Assembly: GCA_963804995.1 (NCBI GenBank)
Contig: CAWDSK010000001.1
Span: 128,001-192,000, forward strand
From: an uncultured Acidobacteriota bacterium
GTDB lineage: Bacteria > Acidobacteriota > Terriglobia > UBA7540
Length of the DNA stretch: 64,000 bases
Reading direction: 5' to 3'
The notes under the pieces are model-generated. The model worked only from the letters and a program-made list of their open reading frames with translations, made no database searches and had not been told where the DNA came from. The position numbers and the translations under genes were made by a program. Every line of letters begins with the position of its first letter. Position 1 is the stretch's first letter. This document shows positions 31,019 through 41,623 of the stretch, piece after piece.

Positions 31019-31879
31019 TTACCCAAGTTGGATGTGGTAGCCCGCAATGAATAACCCACCGAAGACGATCGCATAAGCCAGCTCACTCATCCCCAACCGA
31101 TGTACCTGCAGCGGCCGGGGGGATTCAAGGAACCATGCGAGACCTCGGATGAGAACCGGCGCAAACGCCAGCAGCGCCAAGCCGGGGAGCCAACCGGCTC
31201 GCCAGGCCATTCCCAGGAGAAACAGGGCGACAACCTGGTGAACCAAAAAGCTTCGCCCGCATACGAGTTTCTCCGCCAGGGTTATCACCCGCGCGGAGTG
31301 GATCCGGAGCTGGACGAAATGAATTTGATTGGCAGCGAAAAGCCAGTTCGCCGCCCAGATCAGCAAAGCCGTCCGGTTCAACTCGCCGGCAGCCAGGTAA
31401 TAGGCTCCCGCTGCCGTGGAGGTAAGCGCGATGGCCCCGGTCAATTGGGCATTCAGGCGCGTCTCCCGGCCCAGTCGTTTCAGAACAGCTTGCAGCAAAA
31501 AAGATGTCGCAGCGGCCGCGCCCAGTAGGAGAAGTCCGTAGGCACGCACCCCGAATATTAGGACGGCCAGAGCCAGGCCGGCAAAGGAGGCGTAAGTATA
31601 AATCGAATAATAAACTAGCCTCCGTTCCACATCGTTCTGCGGACGCAACGGTGAGATTTCTAACCAAGCCTCAACCGGCGTCCTGAGGCAGAAGAGCCCT
31701 AACGCGACCGCGGCGAATAGCAAAATCCAGATAATCCGCTGCCCACTGGGATGGCCCATCACCGCGCCGGTCGCGAGGGGAACCAAAAGCATTCCCCAGG
31801 CGCCGTGTTCACGGGGCCAGACGAATGAGCGAAAGCGGGAGCGATGAAGCGAATGGAGCGCGGGGGTAACACTGGCCAT
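31019..31879 (-). CDS. YwiC-like membrane protein
   Basis: PREHGAWGML N-terminal motif and LGMSE near the C-terminus. Confidence 0.85.
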   Translation of the reverse strand: MASVTPALHSLHRSRFRSFVWPREHGAWGMLLVPLATGAVMGHPSGQRIIWILLFAAVALGLFCLRTPVEAWLEISPLRPQNDVERRLVYYSIYTYASFAGLALAVLIFGVRAYGLLLLGAAAATSFLLQAVLKRLGRETRLNAQLTGAIALTSTAAGAYYLAAGELNRTALLIWAANWLFAANQIHFVQLRIHSARVITLAEKLVCGRSFLVHQVVALFLLGMAWRAGWLPGLALLAFAPVLIRGLAWFLESPRPLQVHRLGMSELAYAIVFGGLFIAGYHIQLG

Positions 31880-31891
31880 GATAATCGGGCC

Positions 31892-32119
31892 TCAAAATGC
31901 TCGGGCGGTTACCCCCCGGTTTTTGTAAATGGCAGTATTCACTTCTACCAGCAAATCCTCGCAAGTGGCGCCGACCTTACGCGCTGCCATCTCAATCGAG
32001 CAGTCATCGCAGGAAGGCCGCAGGCCAAACCGATCGAAGATAGGCACGGTCTCGGGAAACTTCAGCTTCACTTCGCGCATGGTCTCTCCGCCCCGCACCA
32101 GATCAGTGAATTGCAACAT
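31892..32119 (-). CDS. Small Cys-containing protein (DUF542/DUF1858-like)
   Basis: 75 aa, PETVPIFDRFGL..CDDCSIE.AA..G; GGGAGG RBS; overlaps the radical SAM gene stop. Confidence 0.65.
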   Translation of the reverse strand: MLQFTDLVRGGETMREVKLKFPETVPIFDRFGLRPSCDDCSIEMAARKVGATCEDLLVEVNTAIYKNRGVTARAF

Positions 32120-33317
32120 GGCTTGCCTCCCTCTCCTTGCGGTCCGGCTCCGCCTGCCGGGGTTGGTAGACGCAGAAAGGTTCCTCGTCCAGGTAGTCTC
32201 CCGTGGCGGCATAGGCCCGCGCGCGGCAGCCCATGCAAATGTTGCGGAACTCGCAATAGCCGCATTTGCCTTTCAGGTTATCGGTGTCGCGCAGCTCACG
32301 GAAGACTGGAGCGTTTTCCCAGATCTCTTCCAAAGTCTGCTCGTGGAGATTACCCGCCAAGGCTGGCAGATATCCGCAAGGAAAAACTTCTCCTTGATAA
32401 GATATGAAGCACACGCCGGTGCCCGCCAAACAGCCTTTAGTCATAGCCTGCATGCTGTCAGGATGGCCCGCGACAGGATGCCCCGCGTGGGGATGGAGTC
32501 CGATTCCTGTCGAGCCGGGCATGGTCATTTCCGTGGGGCCGATATCGTGACCGATACCTTCTGCGGCAGGCGGGGCGATGGAAGCGGCACGGCGTTCCGC
32601 AGCGCGACGCTGCCGCGCCACGCGGAAGTAGTGCGGCGCGCAGGTGGCTTTCAATTCGATGCCGCCTTCCTGGGCGCGGTCGTAGAACCAGTTCAGAATT
32701 CTTTCGTATTCGTCGGCCGGGACCATCTGGTCTTCAGCAATGTCCACTCCACAGCCGACCGGAACCAGCAGAAAAGTGTGGAGCGCGTCCGCACCCAGCC
32801 GGCGCGCCAGATCCAGAACGGCGGGAAGCTGGTGCGCGTTGTGCCGCGCGATGGTCATGTTGATCTGCACCGACATGCCGAGTTCCTTCAAATTTCGCAG
32901 GCCGTGCAGGGCCTTATCAAATGCTCCCGGGATGCCTCGAAAGGCATCGTGGGTAGCGGCGTCCGCTCCGTCCAAACTGATGGAGACGCGGCGCACGCCG
33001 GCATCCACGATCTTGTGTGCTACTTCTTTGCTGACCAGAGTTCCATTGGTCGCCAGCGCCACGCGCAATCCACACTCGCGCGCGTAGCGGGCCAATTCAA
33101 AAATGTCGTCACGAAAGAGAGGTTCGCCACCGCTTAGAACTAGGATAGGTAGGGATAACTGTGAGATTTGCTTTATTATGTTCAGGGCTTTGGTTGTTGG
33201 TAGGTCATTTGTGGATGAGAGTTCCGTAGCGGTGGCACGACAGTGGATGCAACGCAGGTTGCAACCCTTGGTCACCTCCCAAAAGATGAGTCGCGGTTTG
33301 TAAGTTGCAATTTTCAT
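32103..33317 (-). CDS. Radical SAM/SPASM protein, AhbD/NirJ2-like heme b synthase
   Basis: WEVTKGCNLRCIHCRA, SGGEPL, TCAPHY, GCLAG...PCGY, CGYCEFRNICMGCRARAY. Confidence 0.85.
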   Translation of the reverse strand: MKIATYKPRLIFWEVTKGCNLRCIHCRATATELSSTNDLPTTKALNIIKQISQLSLPILVLSGGEPLFRDDIFELARYARECGLRVALATNGTLVSKEVAHKIVDAGVRRVSISLDGADAATHDAFRGIPGAFDKALHGLRNLKELGMSVQINMTIARHNAHQLPAVLDLARRLGADALHTFLLVPVGCGVDIAEDQMVPADEYERILNWFYDRAQEGGIELKATCAPHYFRVARQRRAAERRAASIAPPAAEGIGHDIGPTEMTMPGSTGIGLHPHAGHPVAGHPDSMQAMTKGCLAGTGVCFISYQGEVFPCGYLPALAGNLHEQTLEEIWENAPVFRELRDTDNLKGKCGYCEFRNICMGCRARAYAATGDYLDEEPFCVYQPRQAEPDRKEREASHVAIH

Positions 33318-33352
33318 CAGCAGTTCACGACTCGAAAATCAAACAAGCTGTT

Positions 33353-33640
33353 TTACGCAGCTTGCTCTTCCAAGAGCACGTCGTTCTCCATTGTCCCGAC
33401 CTGCTCTGGTAATTCCTTAATAATTTCCTCTGCCGTCAAGTAGCAAGCAGGGTCATACATCCATTCAAATTGCAGGCCTGAGTCACCTGCCAGACAACCC
33501 GGGGGGGCGGAACCATTCCCCTCGTGCGACGCGAGGAACGGATCTGCCGCTCCGGCTTCCGCCTGGCGCCCCGGCTCCCACGATTGAGGGGCGGCGTTTG
33601 CCGCATAGGAATAGCAAAGGTCTGTGATGTCCAGCATCAC
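33353..33640 (-). CDS. Small acidic hypothetical protein, first in the operon
   Basis: 95 aa ORF between the sigma54 promoter and the radical SAM gene; GAGG before GTG. Confidence 0.5.
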   Translation of the reverse strand: MMLDITDLCYSYAANAAPQSWEPGRQAEAGAADPFLASHEGNGSAPPGCLAGDSGLQFEWMYDPACYLTAEEIIKELPEQVGTMENDVLLEEQAA

Positions 33641-33807
33641 GTGCCTCTTAACGACTCATATTCTCTGCTGAGGGTTTGCCCGTAACGCGATTGAATTTAT
33701 TTATGGGGGCTGAAGATCCCGGTTCGTCCGATTTCCGTTATCCCCAACCCCCAACCTGGTTTTTTCCAGGTTCCTAGGACCCGAAGTCCCTCGCACCCAG
33801 ATATAGG

Positions 33808-33822
33808 GCAACAATTGTGCCA
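33808..33822 (-). promoter_or_regulatory. sigma54 -24/-12 promoter
   Basis: TGGCAC-AATTG-TTGC on the minus strand; AT-rich IHF-like tract at about 33860-33885. Confidence 0.75.
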
Positions 33823-34313
33823 AACAGTCCCACAAACCAAGTTCATGGTGGCTAATCGAGGATATATTGTAATTAAAGGGCTTAGCTATACACGGCCAAT
33901 CCTTGCAGTCAATCCAGTGCCAAGATATCCCCCGGCGTCAATGCGCAAAATGACGGACATCATGTCACTGATGGTGTGAAAAAGCGCAAAGCTTCTGTGG
34001 GACAGCATCGTGTTGGGGAATCGGAGCCATTCGACCCTATGGGGCCGTAGTCCCACCCTGCCCATTGTGAGTCGGACCAAACGCCCCCCGGTGCGAATAA
34101 AGCATCAAAGGTGGAAAGCAATATTGCAAGCCCACGCAATCATCTTCGCCCCAAGCTGCGTCCGCACCTGATTAGTTTGCACGGATTGGAAGCTCCGGGT
34201 CTTTCGACTATAATGGCTGCCGGTCACAGTGACTCCCCCTGCGACGTGCTGCGAGCCTCCGAACCTTGGACCCAGCGATCCAGCCGCGCAATGTGTGACT
34301 CGGATGGTAATGC

Positions 34314-34811
34314 ATGGCGGACGCAACAACACCCCCCGGCACGGAGAACCGTGTCATTTACAGCGTAACGGAGATCATGAAGTTTCTCCCGCACCGCTAT
34401 CCGTTTCTGCTGGTGGACCGGATCGTGGAGATGGACCCGCCCCAGCGCATCGTGGGGCTGAAGAACGTCACCATCAACGAGCAGTTCTTTCAAGGACATT
34501 TCCCCGGCGCGCCGGTCATGCCGGGGGTTCTCATCCTGGAAGCCATGGCGCAGGTGGCCGGCGTGATGCTTTACCGTGACGTGCCCGACGAGGAGAAGGC
34601 CCGGAAGCTCATCTACTTTACGGGCGTCGACAACGCCAAGTTTCGCCGTCCCGTAGTGCCCGGTGACCAATTGCGCATCGAAATGGAGCTGCTGCATCGC
34701 CGCAATACATACGGCAAGGCGTCGGGACGCGCGCTGGTGGAAGGAAAGCTCGCGGCAGAAGCCATCGTGATGTTCGCGATCGCTGATCGCCCAGGTCAAT
34801 CAAGCTCATGA
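34314..34811 (+). CDS. fabZ: 3-hydroxyacyl-ACP dehydratase
   Basis: LPHRYPFLLVDR, FFQGHFPGAPVMPGVLILEAMAQ. Confidence 0.97.
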   Translation: MADATTPPGTENRVIYSVTEIMKFLPHRYPFLLVDRIVEMDPPQRIVGLKNVTINEQFFQGHFPGAPVMPGVLILEAMAQVAGVMLYRDVPDEEKARKLIYFTGVDNAKFRRPVVPGDQLRIEMELLHRRNTYGKASGRALVEGKLAAEAIVMFAIADRPGQSSS

Positions 34812-35581
34812 AAGCACATCCCACCGCAATTATTCATCCTGGCGCGCAGGTAGCCTGCAATGTAACTGTGGGCCCCTACACGGTCATCGGCGAGAACGTG
34901 GAAATCTGTGAAGATACGGAAATCATGTCGCATGTGGTGATCGATGGCCACACGCGCCTGGGCAAGGGCAACAAGGTTTACCCCTGGGCGTCGGTGGGAC
35001 TGGCTCCCCAGGACTTGAAATATCGCGGCGAGCCGACGCGCGTTGACATCGGTGACGGCAACACCCTCCGCGAGTTCCTCACCATCCACCGCGGCACGGG
35101 CGAGACCGGAGTAACCCGCATCGGCGACCACAACCTGCTGATGGCTTACGTCCATATCGCCCACGACTGCGTGATCGGCAATCATGTCATCATGGGTAAT
35201 GCCGCATCACTGGCTGGACACGTGGAGATACAGGATTTCGCCATCGTGGAACCCTTCTGCGGCATCCACCAGTTCTGCCGGGTGGGCCAATACGCTTTCC
35301 TGGGAGCCTACTCGGTGATCAACAAGGATATCGTGCCGTACTCGAAGATGTCCGCGCCGCGGCCGGTGGACATGTACGGCGCCAACACCGTCGGCCTGGA
35401 GCGCCACGGCATCCGCAAGGAGGAGATCGACGAATTGCAGGCCGCCCTCAAGCTGCTCTCACGTTCCAAGCTGAACACCACCCAGGCACTCGAGGCCATC
35501 GAAGCCCGCCAGTTCCAGTCTTCTCACGTCCGCACACTCGTGGAGTTCATCAAGACGAGTACGCGGGGAGTGGCGAAGTGA
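34808..35581 (+). CDS. lpxA: UDP-N-acetylglucosamine O-acyltransferase
   Basis: Hexapeptide repeats, PQDLKY, HIAHDC, LAGHV, HQFCR. Confidence 0.96.
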   Translation: MKAHPTAIIHPGAQVACNVTVGPYTVIGENVEICEDTEIMSHVVIDGHTRLGKGNKVYPWASVGLAPQDLKYRGEPTRVDIGDGNTLREFLTIHRGTGETGVTRIGDHNLLMAYVHIAHDCVIGNHVIMGNAASLAGHVEIQDFAIVEPFCGIHQFCRVGQYAFLGAYSVINKDIVPYSKMSAPRPVDMYGANTVGLERHGIRKEEIDELQAALKLLSRSKLNTTQALEAIEARQFQSSHVRTLVEFIKTSTRGVAK

Positions 35582-35587
35582 AGCTAT

Positions 35588-35757
35588 TGATCCATCGGGG
35601 CAGCAGGTCATCTAAGGGCTGTCCGTGGTCCGTTGTCCGTAGTCAGTGGCTTCAATCATGCGAACTCCGTCGTTCCTATGCAACGGACAACGAACTACGG
35701 ACAACTGGCAGCTAGTAAATGGCCAGATGACCCGATTACTCAATGACCCGATAACCC
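35588..35757. repeat. Nested inverted 7/8-mer tandem arrays between lpxA and lpxI
   Basis: gtccgtg/gtccgtt/gtccgta pairing with caacgga/caacgaa/ctacgga, inside ggtcatct...agatgacc. Confidence 0.7.
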
Positions 35758-35758
35758 T

Positions 35759-36583
35759 ATGACTCAGTCTTCCAACTCCCACGGCCGCTACGCCATCATT
35801 GCCGGTAACGGACATTTTCCTTTCCTGGTCTTGGATGCGGCCCGGGACCAGGGTCTGGAGCCGCTGGTCGTAGCCATCAAGGAAGAAGCTGCGCCGGAGC
35901 TCGCCGAGAAGGCCCAGGATATCCGGTGGCTGAGCCTGGGTGAAGTTGGCAAATGTCTCGACCTGCTGTGTGCCGAAAAGGTCAGCAAGGTGGTGTTGGC
36001 CGGGCAAGTGAAGCATGCGCAATTGTTCAGCGCCATCAAGCCGGACGGCCTGGTAAACCGCATGTTGCAAGGGCTCTCCCGCAAGAATACGGATGCCCTG
36101 ATCGGGGCCTTCGTGCGCATGATTGAGAACCGCGGCATGCAGGTGTTGGATTCAACCCTGTTTCTGAAACCCTTGCTGCCGGAGCCTGGCCCGCTTACCG
36201 TACGCGCGCCGGATGATGACGAGCTGGCTGACATCGCTTACGGGCGTGAGATTGCCAAGCAGATTGCCGGTCTCGACCTCGGCCAGACCCTCGTGGTGGC
36301 AGATCGCGCCTGCATCGCCGTCGAAGCCATGGAAGGCACCGACGCCACCATCGAACGCGCCGCGGGCCTCAGTAACGGACGCCGCCTGGTGGTCGTCAAA
36401 GTAAGTAAGCCCCAGCAGGATATGCGTTTCGACGTTCCTGTGGTGGGGAGGAAAACCATCCAGGTCATGCAGAAGTCGAAGGCTACTGTTCTCGCCGTGG
36501 ATGCGGGCAAAACGCTGCTGTTCGACAGGGTAAAGTTGCTCGAGGATGCGAATCAGGCGGGAATCGCGATCCTGGGAATGTGA
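35759..36583 (+). CDS. lpxI: UDP-2,3-diacylglucosamine diphosphatase
   Basis: IIAGNG.FP, DLGQT, AVEAMEGTD, KPQQDMRFDVPVVG. Confidence 0.93.
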   Translation: MTQSSNSHGRYAIIAGNGHFPFLVLDAARDQGLEPLVVAIKEEAAPELAEKAQDIRWLSLGEVGKCLDLLCAEKVSKVVLAGQVKHAQLFSAIKPDGLVNRMLQGLSRKNTDALIGAFVRMIENRGMQVLDSTLFLKPLLPEPGPLTVRAPDDDELADIAYGREIAKQIAGLDLGQTLVVADRACIAVEAMEGTDATIERAAGLSNGRRLVVVKVSKPQQDMRFDVPVVGRKTIQVMQKSKATVLAVDAGKTLLFDRVKLLEDANQAGIAILGM

Positions 36584-36651
36584 GTAACGAAACTCGAAAA
36601 TCGAAATCCGAAACTCGTGGGTGCTGCATCGAATTTCGACTTTCAAATTAG

Positions 36652-37638
36652 ATGAGCGAAAAGATTCCGGTCGCGGTGCTGGGCGTCGGTGAACACGGCA
36701 AGAAGCACGCCCGTGCGTTCAAAGAGATTGCCGGGGCGGAGCTAGTGGGCGTTTACGACCTGCGTCCGGAGCGTGCGAGTGAAATGGCCGCGGAACTTGG
36801 CGTGCGCGCCTTCGCGAGTCTGGATGAGGCACTTACCGCAGCGCGCGCCGTCAGCGTGGTGATTCCAACCAGCGAGCACGCCGCCGTGGCCCGCCAAGCC
36901 TTCACCCGCGGCGTGGACGTACTGCTTGAAAAGCCTCTGACCCGCACCGTGGAGGAAGCAGACGAGCTAATTGAGCAGGCGGAGCGCGGAGGGCACATCC
37001 TCCAGGCGGGGCACCTGGAGCGTTTCAATCCCGGCGTGGTGGCGGCCAAGGCGGCGACCACGCACCCCATGTTCTTTGAAATTCATCGCATGGGAGTCTT
37101 CAGCCCGCGCAGTCTCGATGTCGACGTGGTTTTTGACTTGATGATTCACGATCTGGATCTTGTTTTGTGGATGGTCGATTCACCCTGGCGCGATGTCCGC
37201 GCCGTGGGGTTGCCGGTGCTCTCTGACAAGGTGGATATCGCCAACGCGCGTGTGGAATTTGCTAACGGGGCCGTGGCCAACCTTACCGCCAGCCGCGTGA
37301 GTACGGAGAAGGTTCGTAAATTCCGCTACTTCCAGCCCAACGAATATTTCTCAATCGATTTCACGCGGCGCGATGCCGGCCTGATCCGTGTGGAACGCAC
37401 TGGGCCGACCCCTCGCATCGCCTTCCAGAAGCTGACGACCACTCCGCAGGAACCCCTCAAGGCGGAGCTGGAGGCTTTTGTGGAGTCGGTTCGGACACGA
37501 CGCCCGCCCCTGGTCGGCGGTCACGAAGGAAAACAGGCTTTGGCATTAGCCGAACAGGTCATGATTTGCATCGAACAACATGCGGCCCTCGTCAACGTCC
37601 CCATGGGTCGTTCCGTCGGCCAGAGTGGTGAGTCATAG
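36652..37638 (+). CDS. Gfo/Idh/MocA oxidoreductase in the lipid A cluster
   Basis: GVGEHG, LEKP, GHLERFNP, DLMIHDLD, TASRVS. Confidence 0.9.
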   Translation: MSEKIPVAVLGVGEHGKKHARAFKEIAGAELVGVYDLRPERASEMAAELGVRAFASLDEALTAARAVSVVIPTSEHAAVARQAFTRGVDVLLEKPLTRTVEEADELIEQAERGGHILQAGHLERFNPGVVAAKAATTHPMFFEIHRMGVFSPRSLDVDVVFDLMIHDLDLVLWMVDSPWRDVRAVGLPVLSDKVDIANARVEFANGAVANLTASRVSTEKVRKFRYFQPNEYFSIDFTRRDAGLIRVERTGPTPRIAFQKLTTTPQEPLKAELEAFVESVRTRRPPLVGGHEGKQALALAEQVMICIEQHAALVNVPMGRSVGQSGES

Positions 37639-37690
37639 GACCTGAGAGACATCCACCGGCAAAAGAAATGTCTGGCGTGAAAAACATTTG

Positions 37691-38746
37691 ATGAGTACGC
37701 AAACCCCAATCGATCTCTGGCGTGCAGAACATTCGACCAGTGTGGAAATCCCGATACACTTACTGGTGGAAATCGACCCGGAGGTCGCCCGTTGGCGCCG
37801 ACGCACGTTGTTCCTGACCTCGGTAATGCTGCACATTTTTCTTGTATTGTTCATTGTCTACGCGCCCGACATTTTCCGCCGTGGCAGGCTCCTGATGGGG
37901 ATTCCCGTCACGGCCCGGCCACAGCAGCAGATAACAACCTTGTTTCTGCCGCCGGACTTGTTGAAGTCGCTGCGCGAACCGCCTCCCGAGGCGCGCAATC
38001 CCTCTGACAAGAACCGCCGTGCCCAGGGACCTTCACCCACGATCGATCCCAATGGCGTGCACATGCCCTATTCGCGCGGGAACACAGAATTGCCGGAGAT
38101 GGCACGTGGAGGCGGAGCCCCTCCACCGCCAGCCGCCGCGCCGACGCCGCCTCCGGGTGGACCTCCTTCGCCGCAGCCGAATCCGGCTCCTCCCCCGCCG
38201 CCCAAAACCGACAACAGCTTGCGCTTCGAAGATGTCAAGCCGGAGACCGGGGGCGGAGGCAAATTCCGCTTGCCTTCGATGACACCCGGCCAGGCCATTC
38301 AGGAATCGATGCAAACCGCCGCGCGGGGAGGTTATCACCCTGGCCAAGTCGGACCGGGCGGTGGGGGCGATTCCGATATGCAGTTTAACAATCTGCACCC
38401 CAACTTCTCAACGGAAGCGCCGATCATTCTTTCAGACACCCGCGGCGTGGATTTTGGACCTTACCTCGCACGCATTGTCTATATCGTGCGGCGCAATTGG
38501 TATTCCGTGATTCCGGAATCAGCGCGCCTTGGCGAAAAAGGGCGGTCGGCCGTAGTTTTCGAAATCCTTAAAGATGGCTCTGTGCCGCAATTGCGCTTGG
38601 TCGGCTCCTCAGGCTCCGATCCGCTCAACCGCGCTGCGGTGGCGGGCATTCACGCCTCCATTCCCTTCCCACCTCTCCCCGATGAGTTCACGGGTAACCA
38701 CCTCGTCTTGCAGTTCATCTTCCTCTACAACCTTGCTCCCCAGTAA
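37691..38746 (+). CDS. TonB-family energy transducer-like protein
   Basis: N-terminal TM, Pro-rich linker, C-terminal TonB_C-like domain (SSG...RAA...PFPPLP). Confidence 0.85.
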   Translation: MSTQTPIDLWRAEHSTSVEIPIHLLVEIDPEVARWRRRTLFLTSVMLHIFLVLFIVYAPDIFRRGRLLMGIPVTARPQQQITTLFLPPDLLKSLREPPPEARNPSDKNRRAQGPSPTIDPNGVHMPYSRGNTELPEMARGGGAPPPPAAAPTPPPGGPPSPQPNPAPPPPPKTDNSLRFEDVKPETGGGGKFRLPSMTPGQAIQESMQTAARGGYHPGQVGPGGGGDSDMQFNNLHPNFSTEAPIILSDTRGVDFGPYLARIVYIVRRNWYSVIPESARLGEKGRSAVVFEILKDGSVPQLRLVGSSGSDPLNRAAVAGIHASIPFPPLPDEFTGNHLVLQFIFLYNLAPQ

Positions 38747-38943
38747 TGTTGCCTTCCCGGTTTCTGAGTTTGGATTCACGCGCCGCATGGCCGAGCCGAT
38801 GATGAAAAGTCATGCGCAAAACGTATGAGATCGGGGAATTTGGTGGGACAAGGGTCGCTTAGCCCCTCGTAGAGCAACATGTGGGACAGTCCCACTTGTT
38901 TACAAAAAGTGGCGGGTCGGCATAAACCGAGTGGGCGCTACGG

Positions 38944-40702
38944 TCACCCTGCCACAGGAAGCAGCAAGGTGAAAGTAGAGCCTTTGCCCAACTGGCTTTC
39001 GACGGTCACCGTGCCGTTCAGGCGTTCGATGATGTGCTTGACGATGGAGAGGCCGAGCCCCGTCCCGCCCACTTCGCGCGAGCGCGCCTTATCGACACGA
39101 TAGAAACGCTCGAAGATGCGGGGCAGGTCGTCGTGGGGAATGCCGATACCCGTGTCGGCAATGGAGATACTGATTTTACCCTCGCTGGGGCGCGTGACCT
39201 CGACCAGAACCTCCCCGGAGGGCCGGTTGAATTTCACGGCGTTATCCAGGAGATTCACGAAGGCCTGCTCAATCTGCACGCGGTCACCCAGAATCTGCGC
39301 GTCGTCCATACGCCCCCACACCAAGCGGACCTCGCGCAGGTTGGCTTCGCCCTCCACGGTTCGCAGTGCCGACTCCAGCGCCCCGCGCACCGAAATGGGT
39401 TCAGGAGCGGGCCGTCCCTTGCCGGATTCGAGTTCCGATAGCGTCAGCAGGTCGGAGGCGATGTTATTCAGCCGGATCGAGTGCGCCTTGATGATCTCCA
39501 GAAACCGGCGATTGTTTTCCTGATCCTCCAGCGCCCCTTCCAGAAGGGTTTCAGCATAGCCGCGGATGGCGGTAAGCGGCGTGCGCAGCTCATGCGAGAC
39601 GTTGGCAACAAAGTCCTTGCGAATACGTTCCAGGCGTTCAAGGTCGGTGATGTCGTGCAGAATGGCGAGCGCGCCCCGCACCGAACCCGAGGTCAGGGGT
39701 GCGGCCTGGACTTCGAAAACACGGTCGGCCGCGGCGGGGAGTTGTACGCGGCGCCTGATGAACTCGCCACCCTCCAGCACGCGGGCCAGGATTTCGCGCA
39801 TCTCAGGATCTCGCACCAGATCGACGAGGGGCAGCTTGGCGGGAATGGGATTAGGCGCCCCCACGGCGCGCGCAAACGATTCATTGGCGAAGGTGATGCG
39901 CAGGTTACTGTCCACCGCCAGCACGCCCTCCACCATGCTCGAACAGAATGGCCTCACGCTGCGCGGACTCCACACTCAGCCGCTCTAGCAAAAGCTTCAG
40001 CTCGGCGGCAGTGGAGTTCAGCGAGCGCCCCAGCGCGCCCAACTCATCGTCGTCATCTGGCAACCAGGCTGGCGCGGAGGGCACCCGCACCAGGCCCTCG
40101 GCGAGCGCCCGTAAACGCCCAATACGCAGGGTGAAGGAACGCGAGAAGAAATAGGCGATGATAAGGGCCACCAGCGCCGCCGCGAGCGACGCACGCAGGA
40201 TGCGCCAGCGCACCGCCGCGATGGAGGAGTCCAAGTCCTCAAGCGGCAAGGCCAGGCGCAACACGTACCCGGCTTCCCCAGCGTAGCTGGTACGCAGGGC
40301 CACGTAACAGAGGTCGCGATTGATCGTATCGCTGTGACGGATCGAACTACCCACACCGTTTTGGGAGGCCTGCTGAATCTCCGGGCGGGTCGAGTGGTTC
40401 TCCATGGTTTCGGGATCGTGATGAGAATCCGCCAGCACCACACCCTGCGGATTGATGAGGGTGACGCGCGCCCCCGCCCGCAGCGAAGCCTGGTGCGCCC
40501 AGTCCTCGAGTTGAGGCTGCGCTGTCCCCATGACTTCCGACTGGAGAATCCGCGCTTCCACTTCCAGCCGCTGCTCAACGCTCTGCACTTCACGCCCAGA
40601 CGTGTAGCGTGTGAGGTAGAAATCCGACACTCCCAAGGTGACAGCAATCAGAAGGAAGGCGCTGGCGATGAGTTTGCGAAAGATGGGGCTGCGAAAGGTC
40701 AT
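38944..40702 (-). pseudogene. phoR: PhoR-like sensor kinase with a single +1 frameshift at 39942-39943
   Basis: REAIL|SSMVEGVL split between two ORFs by one extra base; ENHSTRPEI, DFVANVSHELRTPL, RVDKARSR..GGTGLGLSIVKH. Confidence 0.85.
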
Positions 40703-40705
40703 GAT

Positions 40706-40736
40706 ATTTTGGATTTTGGATTTGCGATTTTGGATT
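40706..40736 (+). repeat. Heptamer array (attttgg)n, inverted partner of 44599-44629
   Basis: 28/31 reverse-complement match. Confidence 0.8.
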
Positions 40737-41623
40737 GGTGCGCGACAGCGTGCAGGCACGTCCGGCAATCCAGAACCTGAAATCCAATTGTGGTAGAGGC
40801 AGTGGCTACCGCAAGCGGCCTCTGTCCGCCGGGATTACACCACATCGGCACCGTGGGAGCAATGACTTTTGCATGTTACAGCCGGCTGGCGCAGGGCGCG
40901 CCCAGTTCTGCGATTTAATGCGAATCATGCTTGTGCTATGTAACAGCCGGTAGCGCGGAGGTGCGCGTAGTTTGCGTTCCTCCGCGGTCCTTCCCAAATA
41001 CGTGCGGTGTTCAGGTCTTTATTAACGCCAACGCGAGATGAAAAGCCGCACAGGAACGCAGAGTACGCGTACCTGTGCGCTACCCGCTGCAGCGGATCTG
41101 GGCGCTACCGGTGCCGAACGGGTAGCACACCGATTGCGGTTGCAAAGTCTGGGGCCCACGGAGGAGGGTCGGTGAGGTGTCTGGGAAATCGATGACGCGG
41201 CGGCAAGCCGGGCTCGTCAGACGCGCAAGACTAGCCGTCGGAACCCGCGACCTTGGCTCGGGCCTGCTTTAATGACAAATCTCGTTGTGTCGATGGCAGG
41301 AGAGGCGTACGATGCAGACGAGCAACGGGTCCAAATCGGAAATCCCGGTTATATCGTGTTCCGTGGAATTCCGTGAGATCAACTGCTTGCAGAGTAATCA
41401 AGGGAAAGAGGAGTATTCGGAATGAATGGATGTGCTTCATACACTGCGCGGGTGACCGCAAACAGGTGAGATGGGTGTATGATATGCACCGATTTTGAAG
41501 CCCAAAGGGAGTTTCCGGTTGAGTGGCTTTGGTGAACGCAATACCAACTCAGACGTAATTCATGAGCGAGCAACTCTTGCCCCCCCGCGCCTAGGTTAGG
41601 GCATTGGGGAAGGAGGCCACACT

